Made by a program: the position numbers and the translations under genes. Below, piece after piece: positions 55,736 through 64,000 of a stretch of DNA of 64,000 nucleotides (position 1 is the stretch's first letter; each line of letters starts with the position of its first letter). The DNA is taken from IMG/VR virus record IMGVR_UViG_3300035208_004206, positions 8,727 through 72,726 of that record. One strand, 5' to 3'. Origin of the DNA: a virus. Its lineage: Duplodnaviria > Caudoviricetes. The notes beneath the pieces were generated by a model. The model made no database searches, was not told the DNA's origin, and worked only from the letters and a program-made list of their open reading frames with translations.

Positions 55736-56613
55736 GACCAAACTCACGCATGGTTAGAAGAGTACGTGTAGCTGGAAGAACAATTTCACAAAGGGTTGTT
55801 GTTAAACCACAACACTCCCCAAAAATCAAAGAGACCATCGAAACACCAGAACAAGATTTTTCTTCACCAAAAATAACATCTGGGATTCTTTCTATTATGA
55901 TGCCTGCAAAGAATGCTGGCAAGACAATTGTTGTGGCTGTAAAATCTGTCCTTGAACAAGTTATTCAAGATGGATGGCAAATCGAACTGTTAGTTGGTGT
56001 TGATGATTGTCAAGACACTCTTGATGCTTTAACACCGCTTCTATCTGATCCTCGTCTCAAAGTTTTCAAATCTATTGTAAATGTTGGCCCATATATTATG
56101 CGCAATTCTCTTTTTCCTTTAACGAAAGGAACATATGTTGGATCTTTCGATGCAGACGATGTGATGCTTCCAGAAAACCTTTTCAAGATTATTTCATATA
56201 TCAACTGTGATCCGCAAATGGATTGTATTACAAGTGTTCTTCAATATGCAGACAATAAAATGAAACCTCAATATAAAAGAAAAATGGATGGAAACAATAG
56301 TGGAGCGATCTATCGTCGTGATGTTATTGAAACACTTGGAGGATGGTTACCTTGGAAATGTGCAGCAGATCTAGAGTTCAAAATTAGAGTGAAAGCAAAA
56401 GGGTATAAGACTAAAAATCTTTTACATACCGGTTGTTTATATCGTAGACACGAAGGTCAACTTACTAAACGAGCAGATATTGGGTTAGGATCTTTACAAA
56501 GAAATCAATATCATGCTGAAATTAAAAAGCGTCAATCGGATTGGAATCAGAAAAAACCTGTTGGATATGTAGAACCTGTAAAAACACTTCTAATAAATAT
56601 CTCTGAGACTTAG
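55732..56613 (+). CDS. Glycosyltransferase family 2 with Arg-rich N-terminal leader
   Basis: SIMMPAKN, GVDD, GPY..RN, DADD, AADLEF, YRRH. Confidence 0.88.
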   Translation: MRPNSRMVRRVRVAGRTISQRVVVKPQHSPKIKETIETPEQDFSSPKITSGILSIMMPAKNAGKTIVVAVKSVLEQVIQDGWQIELLVGVDDCQDTLDALTPLLSDPRLKVFKSIVNVGPYIMRNSLFPLTKGTYVGSFDADDVMLPENLFKIISYINCDPQMDCITSVLQYADNKMKPQYKRKMDGNNSGAIYRRDVIETLGGWLPWKCAADLEFKIRVKAKGYKTKNLLHTGCLYRRHEGQLTKRADIGLGSLQRNQYHAEIKKRQSDWNQKKPVGYVEPVKTLLINISET

Positions 56614-56625
56614 GAGTTTGATAAC

Positions 56626-57066
56626 ATGAAGAAATTATTTCTGATCTGTCTGCTTTCGTTGATGTTGAGCGGGTGTCTCTTTCACTTTGTTCCGACCTAC
56701 AAGGCCGAGTCCAAGATGAAAGTTGACATTGCTGCGATCGATGACTTCAACTTCAACCTTGACTATCCTGGTGACATCACGGGAAAGCGGTTCGTTCTCT
56801 CTGGTGAGGAGGGTCGATGGATTGACATCCTCGAGTACAACCGTGTGATCGGCTTTGTGAAACAACGCAATCAATTGAGGGACACCGGTGAACTGTTGAT
56901 CAAAGAACACACGGCAAAAGTGGAAGCATTCAATCTGTTTGTGAAGGATTACAACGGTCTGGTCGATGAAACAAACACAAAGGAAACACAGCTGACGGTT
57001 TGGACATATCTTGGAACAGGTGGATGGGCAGTTACCCTGATCCTATTACTCATTATTTTGCTCTGA
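56626..57066 (+). CDS. Lipoprotein with C-terminal transmembrane helix (unimolecular-spanin architecture)
   Basis: MKKLFLICLLSLMLSG-C lipobox; terminal WAVTLILLLIILL. Confidence 0.65.
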   Translation: MKKLFLICLLSLMLSGCLFHFVPTYKAESKMKVDIAAIDDFNFNLDYPGDITGKRFVLSGEEGRWIDILEYNRVIGFVKQRNQLRDTGELLIKEHTAKVEAFNLFVKDYNGLVDETNTKETQLTVWTYLGTGGWAVTLILLLIILL

Positions 57067-57076
57067 CCCAGAAGCA

Positions 57077-57082
57077 TAAATA
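57077..57082 (+). promoter_or_regulatory. Late promoter element TAAATA
   Basis: GCATAAATA upstream of the sheath gene; the same GCATAAATA precedes the tube gene at 63406. Confidence 0.75.
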
Positions 57083-57123
57083 CTTCATGTGGCTATCGTT
57101 AACCCAGTAAGGAGGAATAGATC

Positions 57124-59817
57124 ATGGCGGCAGTAAACAGAATCGCCCCGGGTGTGCAGATCAATGAGATCGACAACACTGTCAGCGGGTTCGAGACCGG
57201 CCTTGGTGGCGGTGCAATTCCGGTTCGTCTTGAGAAAGGACCGATCGGAAAACCCATATACGTCAACTCGCGTGAAACGCTGGAGAAGTTCGGTGGTTGG
57301 CCGATCGTCGGTTACAACCTTGAAGATTGGAACTACGTCGACAACGTGTTCTTCTATTCGCCGAACGTCATCCTTTGCCGCGTTGAGAAGACTGAGGATG
57401 CGGTCGATGTTGAGAATAACCTGATCGACGTCAAAGCGAACAACTCACAGGTCGGTGTCTGGCAGAGCGGTCACTATGCTGCTCAGGACACTCTCAGCGA
57501 TCTTCGCAAGATCATGGCGATGCTCGATGACACGACATTCGACACCCTGCTCGATTACCTCGACTATCCGGGAACGGATGCAGAGACCACCCCGGTCCTT
57601 GAGCAGATCGATACCGCGTGTCTCATTAAGAACCCCGATGATGTGGATGACACAAACTTCTATGCCGACCAGGATGAAGCCCGCGCAGAGCACAAGCTTG
57701 TTCTGAAAGACAGTGGTGCATTCGTTGCGTCCAGTGTTGCGGCAGGTGACGTTTTGTTCCTTGGTACCTTCGACTCGGCCGATGCGGTCACCGAAATCCA
57801 AGCGACCGGTAAGGTCATGGATATTGACAAGTATGCGGTCCTCTCGCTGACCGGCGTTGATCTGTACAAGATGACCCGTATCCTTAAACGCGATGTGTAT
57901 GGTCGTCAGGCAACGATTCCCTACGCCGACTCTGCGGATTCGGAGTATGTGGAAGCGGGAACAACGACAGACATGATCCTTAAGGTCGACTCTCCGATCT
58001 ATAAGGTTGTGAATGCGATCACTGGAGCGGGTGACAGTGGTGATCCTTATGTGGTCACAACGTCTTTCGAACTGCTTGGTACCGTGAAAGAAGCGGTTGC
58101 CTTCGATACTGATGATGCAACGGCACACGACGTTAAGGTCGTCCTTGCTGGTGATGACAGCTCTGTCACGATCGCAACAGATTTCTTGACGACTGTTTCG
58201 ACAACTGAACGTCTGACTCTGTGGTTTGAAACCGCAGATGGCACAACGGTCACGCCTTATGATGGTGGCACTTCGGATATGGCGACAAACCCGATCTTCG
58301 CGCTTGCAGAAGCTTTTGATCGGATGAACGACGTGTCCTTCTTCTATCATCGTGAAGAGGATGAGACCGCCAACACCTTCGCCAACTGGTCTTCGGCTGA
58401 TGGCATGTACTCGATCAGCTACAGTATCGCAGGGTTCGAACTGACAGTGATCCCGAGGGGTGCTGAGGAAACTCAGTCGACGAAGATCACCGATGAGTAC
58501 GAAGCCTTCCGCTTTGTTGCGGCAACACCCGGTCCGTGGGGTGATCGTGAGGTTCTCACCGTGTCGATCTGTGACATGGCTCACTTCGATGATGACATGT
58601 CCTCGAGCTTCGATTACAAACCCACTGTTGATGCGAACTCGACCAGCGGTTACGAAGAGGATCAGGTCGCGGTAGTGATCAAGCGCAATGGTGCAGTGGT
58701 CTACAAAGAGATCGGTTCGATGGATCCCGCTGCCAAGGACAATGCCGGCGCAACTCGCTACATCGTTGAGATGATCAACCGTAAGAACTACGTCTATATG
58801 GGATTCAACCCCAACATCTTCCCCGAGCCGGGAGTGTACACCGTCGCGTTTGAAACCGCGATCGATGCTCCTCTTGACGGTGGTTGCAACGCAACTCGTC
58901 TTGCGACCGACGGGACGACATCTTACACCCCGTTCGTGACCGATGATGTGGATGATGCTCTCGAGATGCTGAAGGACAAGGATACGGTCGATGTGAACTA
59001 TCTTGCGGATGGTGCCTGGGCAGGCGATCAGAATGTGTTCGAACTGTTGAAGACATATGCTTCCGTCCATCGCCCTCACAAGTTCACCTGCTTGACCGGT
59101 CCCGATCCGGATGACGTGCGTGGTCGTATGTACAGCTCGGATGTCGTTGCCGTCCTTCTGGACACATACTCGTTCGTCCCGAGTGGCAACGAGTCGTCTC
59201 AGTATGTCGACTTCTATGCGAACGCAAAGAAAGTCATCGACCCGATCAACAACGTTCCTGTGTGGATCTCCTGCTCGTCTGATGCTCTCGGCTTGCATCT
59301 GGCCACTGATCGGAACCTCGATGTGTGGTGGGCGGTTGCTGGGACCCGCCGTGGTGTCCTGAAGAACGTCGTGCAGATGGCATGGAATCCTACCGATGAT
59401 GATCGTGAGACCATGACAAAGAACCGTCTCATCCCGGTGATCTACAAGCGTGGGATCGGTCACATGATCTTCGACACGATCAACACCTACAACATCAAGT
59501 CGGATCTGGCCGACAACTACAACCGGAAAGCTCTGAACTACTTCGAGACCAACACTGAGAGTCTCGTTCAGAATTTCCAGTTCGAGTTCAATGATGCCCA
59601 GACCCAGTACGATCTCAAGCAAGCTCTCGAACCGTTCTATCGCAGAGCTCTGACTCGGCGTGGTCTTCGTAAGGCAGCTGAGATCATATGCGACAACACG
59701 AACAACACCGCTGATGTGGTCGCGGCAAACAAGCTCGCGGTCACGATCAAGCTCCAGCTTCAGAAAATTGCGAAAATTTTGGAGTTGAATTTTTATCTTG
59801 AGAAGACTTCTGCATAA
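57124..59817 (+). CDS. gp18: Tail sheath protein (gp18-like, 897 aa)
   Basis: APGVQINEID, KGPIGKP, AATPGPWG, WWAVAGTRRG, NRKALNY, FEFND, RGL. Confidence 0.92.
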   Translation: MAAVNRIAPGVQINEIDNTVSGFETGLGGGAIPVRLEKGPIGKPIYVNSRETLEKFGGWPIVGYNLEDWNYVDNVFFYSPNVILCRVEKTEDAVDVENNLIDVKANNSQVGVWQSGHYAAQDTLSDLRKIMAMLDDTTFDTLLDYLDYPGTDAETTPVLEQIDTACLIKNPDDVDDTNFYADQDEARAEHKLVLKDSGAFVASSVAAGDVLFLGTFDSADAVTEIQATGKVMDIDKYAVLSLTGVDLYKMTRILKRDVYGRQATIPYADSADSEYVEAGTTTDMILKVDSPIYKVVNAITGAGDSGDPYVVTTSFELLGTVKEAVAFDTDDATAHDVKVVLAGDDSSVTIATDFLTTVSTTERLTLWFETADGTTVTPYDGGTSDMATNPIFALAEAFDRMNDVSFFYHREEDETANTFANWSSADGMYSISYSIAGFELTVIPRGAEETQSTKITDEYEAFRFVAATPGPWGDREVLTVSICDMAHFDDDMSSSFDYKPTVDANSTSGYEEDQVAVVIKRNGAVVYKEIGSMDPAAKDNAGATRYIVEMINRKNYVYMGFNPNIFPEPGVYTVAFETAIDAPLDGGCNATRLATDGTTSYTPFVTDDVDDALEMLKDKDTVDVNYLADGAWAGDQNVFELLKTYASVHRPHKFTCLTGPDPDDVRGRMYSSDVVAVLLDTYSFVPSGNESSQYVDFYANAKKVIDPINNVPVWISCSSDALGLHLATDRNLDVWWAVAGTRRGVLKNVVQMAWNPTDDDRETMTKNRLIPVIYKRGIGHMIFDTINTYNIKSDLADNYNRKALNYFETNTESLVQNFQFEFNDAQTQYDLKQALEPFYRRALTRRGLRKAAEIICDNTNNTADVVAANKLAVTIKLQLQKIAKILELNFYLEKTSA

Positions 59818-59822
59818 GGCAA

Positions 59823-61154
59823 CTATCTGACTTTTCCTCTGTGTCTAATCCACTCACCTCTTAAAATTTCAGGGGAATCTGAAAAAGTATATATTATAGT
59901 TCCATCTTGTTTTCTATAATACGTTTTCACAACAATAAGCAGTTTAAGTTCACCAGTTTTTATTCTATCATCGGTAACCTTCACTTTTATTTTTTGACCA
60001 TCGGGGGTTATAACTTTTACCATTGATTTTTTTGCTTCACTTTGTTTTTTCTTTTGTTCTTCTGATTTTGGTTTTCCTTTCATATGAGAAAAACTTTCCC
60101 ACTCATTAGTTTTTAATCGAGAATCATTGTCTGCAAGTCTTCTAACCTCACCTGTTATTTTTGATCTATATACTTTTCTTCCTTTCAAAAACGGAATTAA
60201 CTCACCAGAAATAACACGAAGGTCATCCCAGGTTGTTTGAATTTTTTTCCCCGTTTTTTTATCAACACAAACAACTTTTCCAATACTGTAATGAGTATAT
60301 TTTAATTCCCCCGTTTCTAAACGAGGATCAGTATTTTTTATATAAAGAATTTTTCCGTTTTTATCGATAGCATGACAATGTGTTTTTCTCTCATTTCTAA
60401 TCTTTTCTTTTTGAACATTAGATTGTTTTAATCCTTTTGTAGGATATACAAGTTCACCTTTTTCAATTCTAGGGTCATCAATCTTTACACGAAAATGTTT
60501 TCCAGTTGAAACCTCTTTGACTGTGACAGTTCCTTTCATACAAGATACAAGTTCACCAGTCTCTAATCTTTTATCATCAACAGAGATTCTAAAAATTTCA
60601 CCATCTTTATTAACTGCACAAGTTTTACCAACATTCATTCTTAGAGGTTGGAGTTCTCCAGTTTCCCAGCGAGGATCGTCTTTGTCAACTTTCATATTTT
60701 TATTTGTTTTGATATTCTTGGCCATACGTTTTCCAACCCATGTACTTTCTATTTCTCCGGTTTGAAAACGAGGATCGTCTGGTTTCACCCAACAAATTTT
60801 TCCAGAAGATTTTACTCTCACAAATTTCATTCCTTTTGTTTTTGCAAAGGTCCCACCAAACCCACCAAGACAGATGTTGTACGTATCTTTTCTTGCAATA
60901 AAATCTTCATTCACAATAAGCGCCTCAATATCAAGAGCGTCTTTTGGATTATCAAATTCACCAAGAATGATTCGTTTGAAAGAATCTCTTCCATGTTTTT
61001 TGATCGCCGCACGAATTAAATCACCAGACCCCAGGTAACCATCATTCATATTATTTGTGTTGTGTACACCTATGTAGAAATGTTCATTGACCAAATTAGT
61101 TGTTTGATAAATAAAATGGTGTTTTGCATCATACATCAATTTTCTGTTTGTCAT
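59823..61154 (-). mobile_element. Free-standing Seg-like GIY-YIG homing endonuclease with ~9 DPRxxTGEL repeats and NUMOD3-like motifs
   Basis: FIYQTTNLVN..FYIGVH...GYLGSG; AT-rich; own TAAATA at 61179-61184 on the minus strand. Confidence 0.88.
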
Positions 61155-61315
61155 CTTATTCTCCCTTGTTGTTTATTGTATTTAGCTTTATACTCGAAAA
61201 GTATTGCTCCATTTCTCCCCAGTGTTCTCCGGAGACATTAGCAAGAAATAGAATGCGGTGAAAATTTTCAGTTTTCTGACCCTGTAAATATCTATGAACA
61301 TTGAGGGTGAAGAGA

Positions 61316-62065
61316 ATGAAACAGTCTTTTCGAGAGCTTTATGATCTTGAACTTATAAAACTTCCTCACAAAGAGTTTGTTCGTAGGATGAAAGCCTACG
61401 ATGAGGCGATCGAAAAGATAGAAGTTCTCAAGGATCGTTTATCAAATATAGATCTCTTTCATCGGAAGGTCAAGGAAGAAGAGCAGAAGTATTTCGTGCA
61501 TGACCAGTCGACCCAGAGAACATGTGAACGTCTTTCTCAAGAGTGTGAGAAGAACAACAAGATCGCTGGGGCAAGGAGACACTTCATCAATACAGATGCT
61601 CGAACTCAAAGACGTCGGACGAAAAACAAACACGCATATGATGTGTACACCTTCTACACGGTTTCTCTTGATCGTGTTGGTCTGATGGACACAATTGAGA
61701 AAAGTGAACTGTATCAAAGACAGTTTGACCCGGTCAGAGAGTTACAAGTCCTCGAGCAGATCGACAAGTACATGAACTTCTTCTTGACGGATGAAGGGCA
61801 AAGGACTGGAACCTTTGATCGAGCCAACGGTGTGTGGTATCACGACATGCTCATCGAAGATCTTCACTGTTGTATCAGAGGTCTGTGCGAGAAAGTGGTC
61901 AGAGGTTCTGGACCACTGCGGCAACTGCTCAAACATTCTGCGCCGCGAGATGTTGAATTGTGGGGACCTGAGGATGGTGAGATCGATAAGAAAGATCTGA
62001 AGGGACTGTTGAAAGGATATGTCTCTCTGAACCTTGGTGTGAACACGAGACTTAAGATACGTTGA
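61316..62065 (+). CDS. Late hypothetical protein between the two endonucleases
   Basis: TAAATA at 61285; core-like codon usage. Confidence 0.75.
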   Translation: MKQSFRELYDLELIKLPHKEFVRRMKAYDEAIEKIEVLKDRLSNIDLFHRKVKEEEQKYFVHDQSTQRTCERLSQECEKNNKIAGARRHFINTDARTQRRRTKNKHAYDVYTFYTVSLDRVGLMDTIEKSELYQRQFDPVRELQVLEQIDKYMNFFLTDEGQRTGTFDRANGVWYHDMLIEDLHCCIRGLCEKVVRGSGPLRQLLKHSAPRDVELWGPEDGEIDKKDLKGLLKGYVSLNLGVNTRLKIR

Positions 62066-62112
62066 CTCACTGGTCTGGCATAACTTCGAAGACTTGATAC
62101 AAGATAAAGATA

Positions 62113-62139
62113 AGATATTCGCTGCCGCTCAATCGTATT
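62113..62139 (+). repeat. 27-bp intergenic direct repeat, copy 2
   Basis: Identical to 1371-1397. Confidence 0.9.
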
Positions 62140-62234
62140 ACACCTTATATTGTTAAAGCCCGCGGAAAGAAGTTGATAGTGGGTTGAAATTACTTGGAGA
62201 TATTTTACCCCGCTTGGAATGTTTAATGATTTCA

Positions 62235-62300
62235 AAAGAGCACTAAATATGAATGACGGTAAGTGGATCTGTGTGTAGCAGACCCACGGTCGAAGGAGAA
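62235..62300 (+). ncRNA. Three-way-junction RNA in the leader of the second endonuclease
   Basis: GACGG/CCGTC closing stem; GTGGATCTG/CAGACCCAC; GGTCGAAGGA/TTCTTCGATT; begins just after TAAATA at 62224. Confidence 0.45.
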
Positions 62301-62353
62301 GGTTCTTCGATTGTCCCGTCGGAATATTTAACGGGTTGAAGAGAGGGAATCAC

Positions 62354-63385
62354 ATGGAAAGGAAAGTTCACCACATTTTGTACAAGATCACAAACACACA
62401 AGACGGGAAGTTTTATGTCGGCGCCCATTCGACAGAAGATCTTGACGATCGGTATTTTGGAAGCGGTACAAGGATTATCAGAGCTGTTAAGAAGTATGGA
62501 AGAGATGCTTTTATAAAAGAGATTGTCTGTGAATTTGAAAACGAATTTCAAATGTATCATGCTGAACGGTTGTTGGTTGATGAAGATTTTATCAAAAGAG
62601 ATGATACATATAACATAGTTGTTGGTGGAAAAGGATATGCTTATAATCATGAAGTAAGTATTGAAACAAAAGCAAAAATAGCAAAGAGTTCATCTAAATC
62701 TATGCAAAGTCTTGAAAGACGAAATCAAATAGCAGAAAAATTAAGAGGAAGAATATGGTCTGATGAACATGTAAAGAATCATTCTGAAATAATGTCTTCC
62801 CCAGAAATGAGAAAATACCTAAGAGAAAAAGCACTAGGGAGAATTACAACAGAAGAAACAAAACAAAAACTTAAAGAGCTTATGACAAATATGATCTGGA
62901 TAAAGAAAGATGGTGTATGCCAAAGGGTTAAAGAAGATGAGTTACCACCCTTTCTTGCAGAGGGGTGGGTTCGTGGAAGAATTATTAAGAAGAGAAAACC
63001 CTGTACTCAAGAAACAAAAGACAAGATGTCAAAGTCTGGTAAAGAAAAGGTTTTTACTGATGTCCACAAAGAACATATGAGGGGCAAAGTTCATATACGA
63101 AAAGAGGGTGTTCATATTAAAGTTCCAAAAGAAGATCTTGAAAAGTGGTTGGGAGAAGGGTGGGAACGTGGAATGATAAAGAAAAAGACCGAAAGACATA
63201 ACACCCCTGAGCACACTGCAAAGTTATGGGAAGGATATTATAAACATGTAGAAAATATTCGGGGACAAGATGGTTCTTGTAAAGGTTTGATATGGATTGA
63301 AAAGGAAGGAAAGAGAAAGAGAATCAAAATAGAAGATCTTAAGATGTGGGAAAAAGATGGTTGGAAAAGATGGGGAAGATTATAA
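62354..63385 (+). mobile_element. Free-standing Seg-like GIY-YIG homing endonuclease with NUMOD-type repeats
   Basis: ILYKITNT..GKFYVGAH...YFGSG; SIETKAKIA and TEETKQKL; three WxxKxG...GWxRG-like modules. Confidence 0.88.
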
Positions 63386-63449
63386 AATCAAGAGAGCGTA
63401 GAGCATAAATATCTTTGTATGTTGAGTTAATTTTTAAGGAGGTATTCCC

Positions 63450-63995
63450 ATGGTGTTTTCAGTTGCAGCCGTGAAAAATAGTTTCGCGCATCCGGCCCTC
63501 GCGTATAATTTCATCATAGAAGGAATTCCAAACGTTCCTTCTTTGAATGTGAAGGGTGCTCAGATTCCTGGAAAGCGGGTTGAGAACATTGTCATCAAGT
63601 TCCGTGGTCGTGATGTTCACTTCAATGGTAACATTGGTCGGTTCGACGATTTCAACATCACGGTCTTTGAGGACATCAGCTACACCGCTCGTACAATGCT
63701 TGAGCTGTGGCAGCAAATCATGGCCGACAACTCGACTGGCTTTGGTTTTGCGACTCCGGTCATCACAAAGAATCTGACGGTCTTCCTGCTTGCTCCTGGT
63801 ACGGAACACGTCATTGCTGCATATGAACTGCACAATGCCTTCCCTCATACGATCGCCTCTGTCGACCTGGATTACGATTCGGTCGAACAGCCGCTTGCTT
63901 ATCAGGTCAGCTTCGCGTATGACTTCTGGACCCGCAAGGACGTTCAGGGCTTCTCGTCGATCGACGACGTGAAAGCTGCGCTTGGTCTCGCGTAA
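63450..63995 (+). CDS. gp19: Tail tube protein (gp19-like)
   Basis: KGAQIPG, FRGRDV.FNG, ITVFED, WQQ, AFP..I..VDLDY, F.YD.W; TAAATA at 63406. Confidence 0.88.
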   Translation: MVFSVAAVKNSFAHPALAYNFIIEGIPNVPSLNVKGAQIPGKRVENIVIKFRGRDVHFNGNIGRFDDFNITVFEDISYTARTMLELWQQIMADNSTGFGFATPVITKNLTVFLLAPGTEHVIAAYELHNAFPHTIASVDLDYDSVEQPLAYQVSFAYDFWTRKDVQGFSSIDDVKAALGLA

Positions 63996-64000
63996 GCGTA

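Noticed and set aside
57445-59622. 725-aa antisense ORF, and similar long minus-strand ORFs at 30881-31903, 33799-34557 and 15929-16741
   Set aside because: Shadows of strongly codon-biased plus-strand genes; no RBS and no recognisable motifs.
1-64000. Stop-codon reassignment as in some large phages
   Set aside because: Core genes are full length in the standard code, and TAA, TAG and TGA all terminate genes.

Overview
A 64 kb segment of a large, distantly T4-like myophage genome (dsDNA, contractile tail), almost entirely on the + strand and read in the standard code. No tRNA, rRNA or CRISPR array was seen. Replication and nucleotide genes: topoisomerase II subunits, UvsX, gp41-like helicase, class III RNR NrdD/NrdG, dCMP deaminase, DNA ligase, sliding clamp, thymidylate kinase, family B polymerase. 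Virion genes: gp14-like neck, gp25-like wedge, two tape-measure/hub-like proteins, sheath, tube. Lysis and cell-wall genes: GH108, GH73, holin-like and spanin-like proteins. Candidate counter-defence genes: RtcB next to an ATP-dependent RNA ligase, and an Apyc1-like metallo-beta-lactamase-fold enzyme. Main unexplained structure: (1) an 11-member family of diverged paralogs, 8 of them in one tandem array, all starting with an MxFxRx(L/I)xE-type leader that resembles T4 capsid-targeting/prohead-protease sites; (2) an AT-rich ~7.8 kb glycosyltransferase/methyltransferase island behind a late-type promoter; (3) three structured non-coding RNA candidates, including a ~240-nt element with its own promoter and a perfect four-way junction; (4) three separable promoter classes, one of them GCG-N18-TAnAAT; (5) two GIY-YIG endonucleases separating sheath from tube, with codon-shifted patches in both flanking genes; (6) a 27-bp exact repeat 60.7 kb apart. 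All family assignments come from motif recognition by eye, with no database searches; composition statements are visual estimates.
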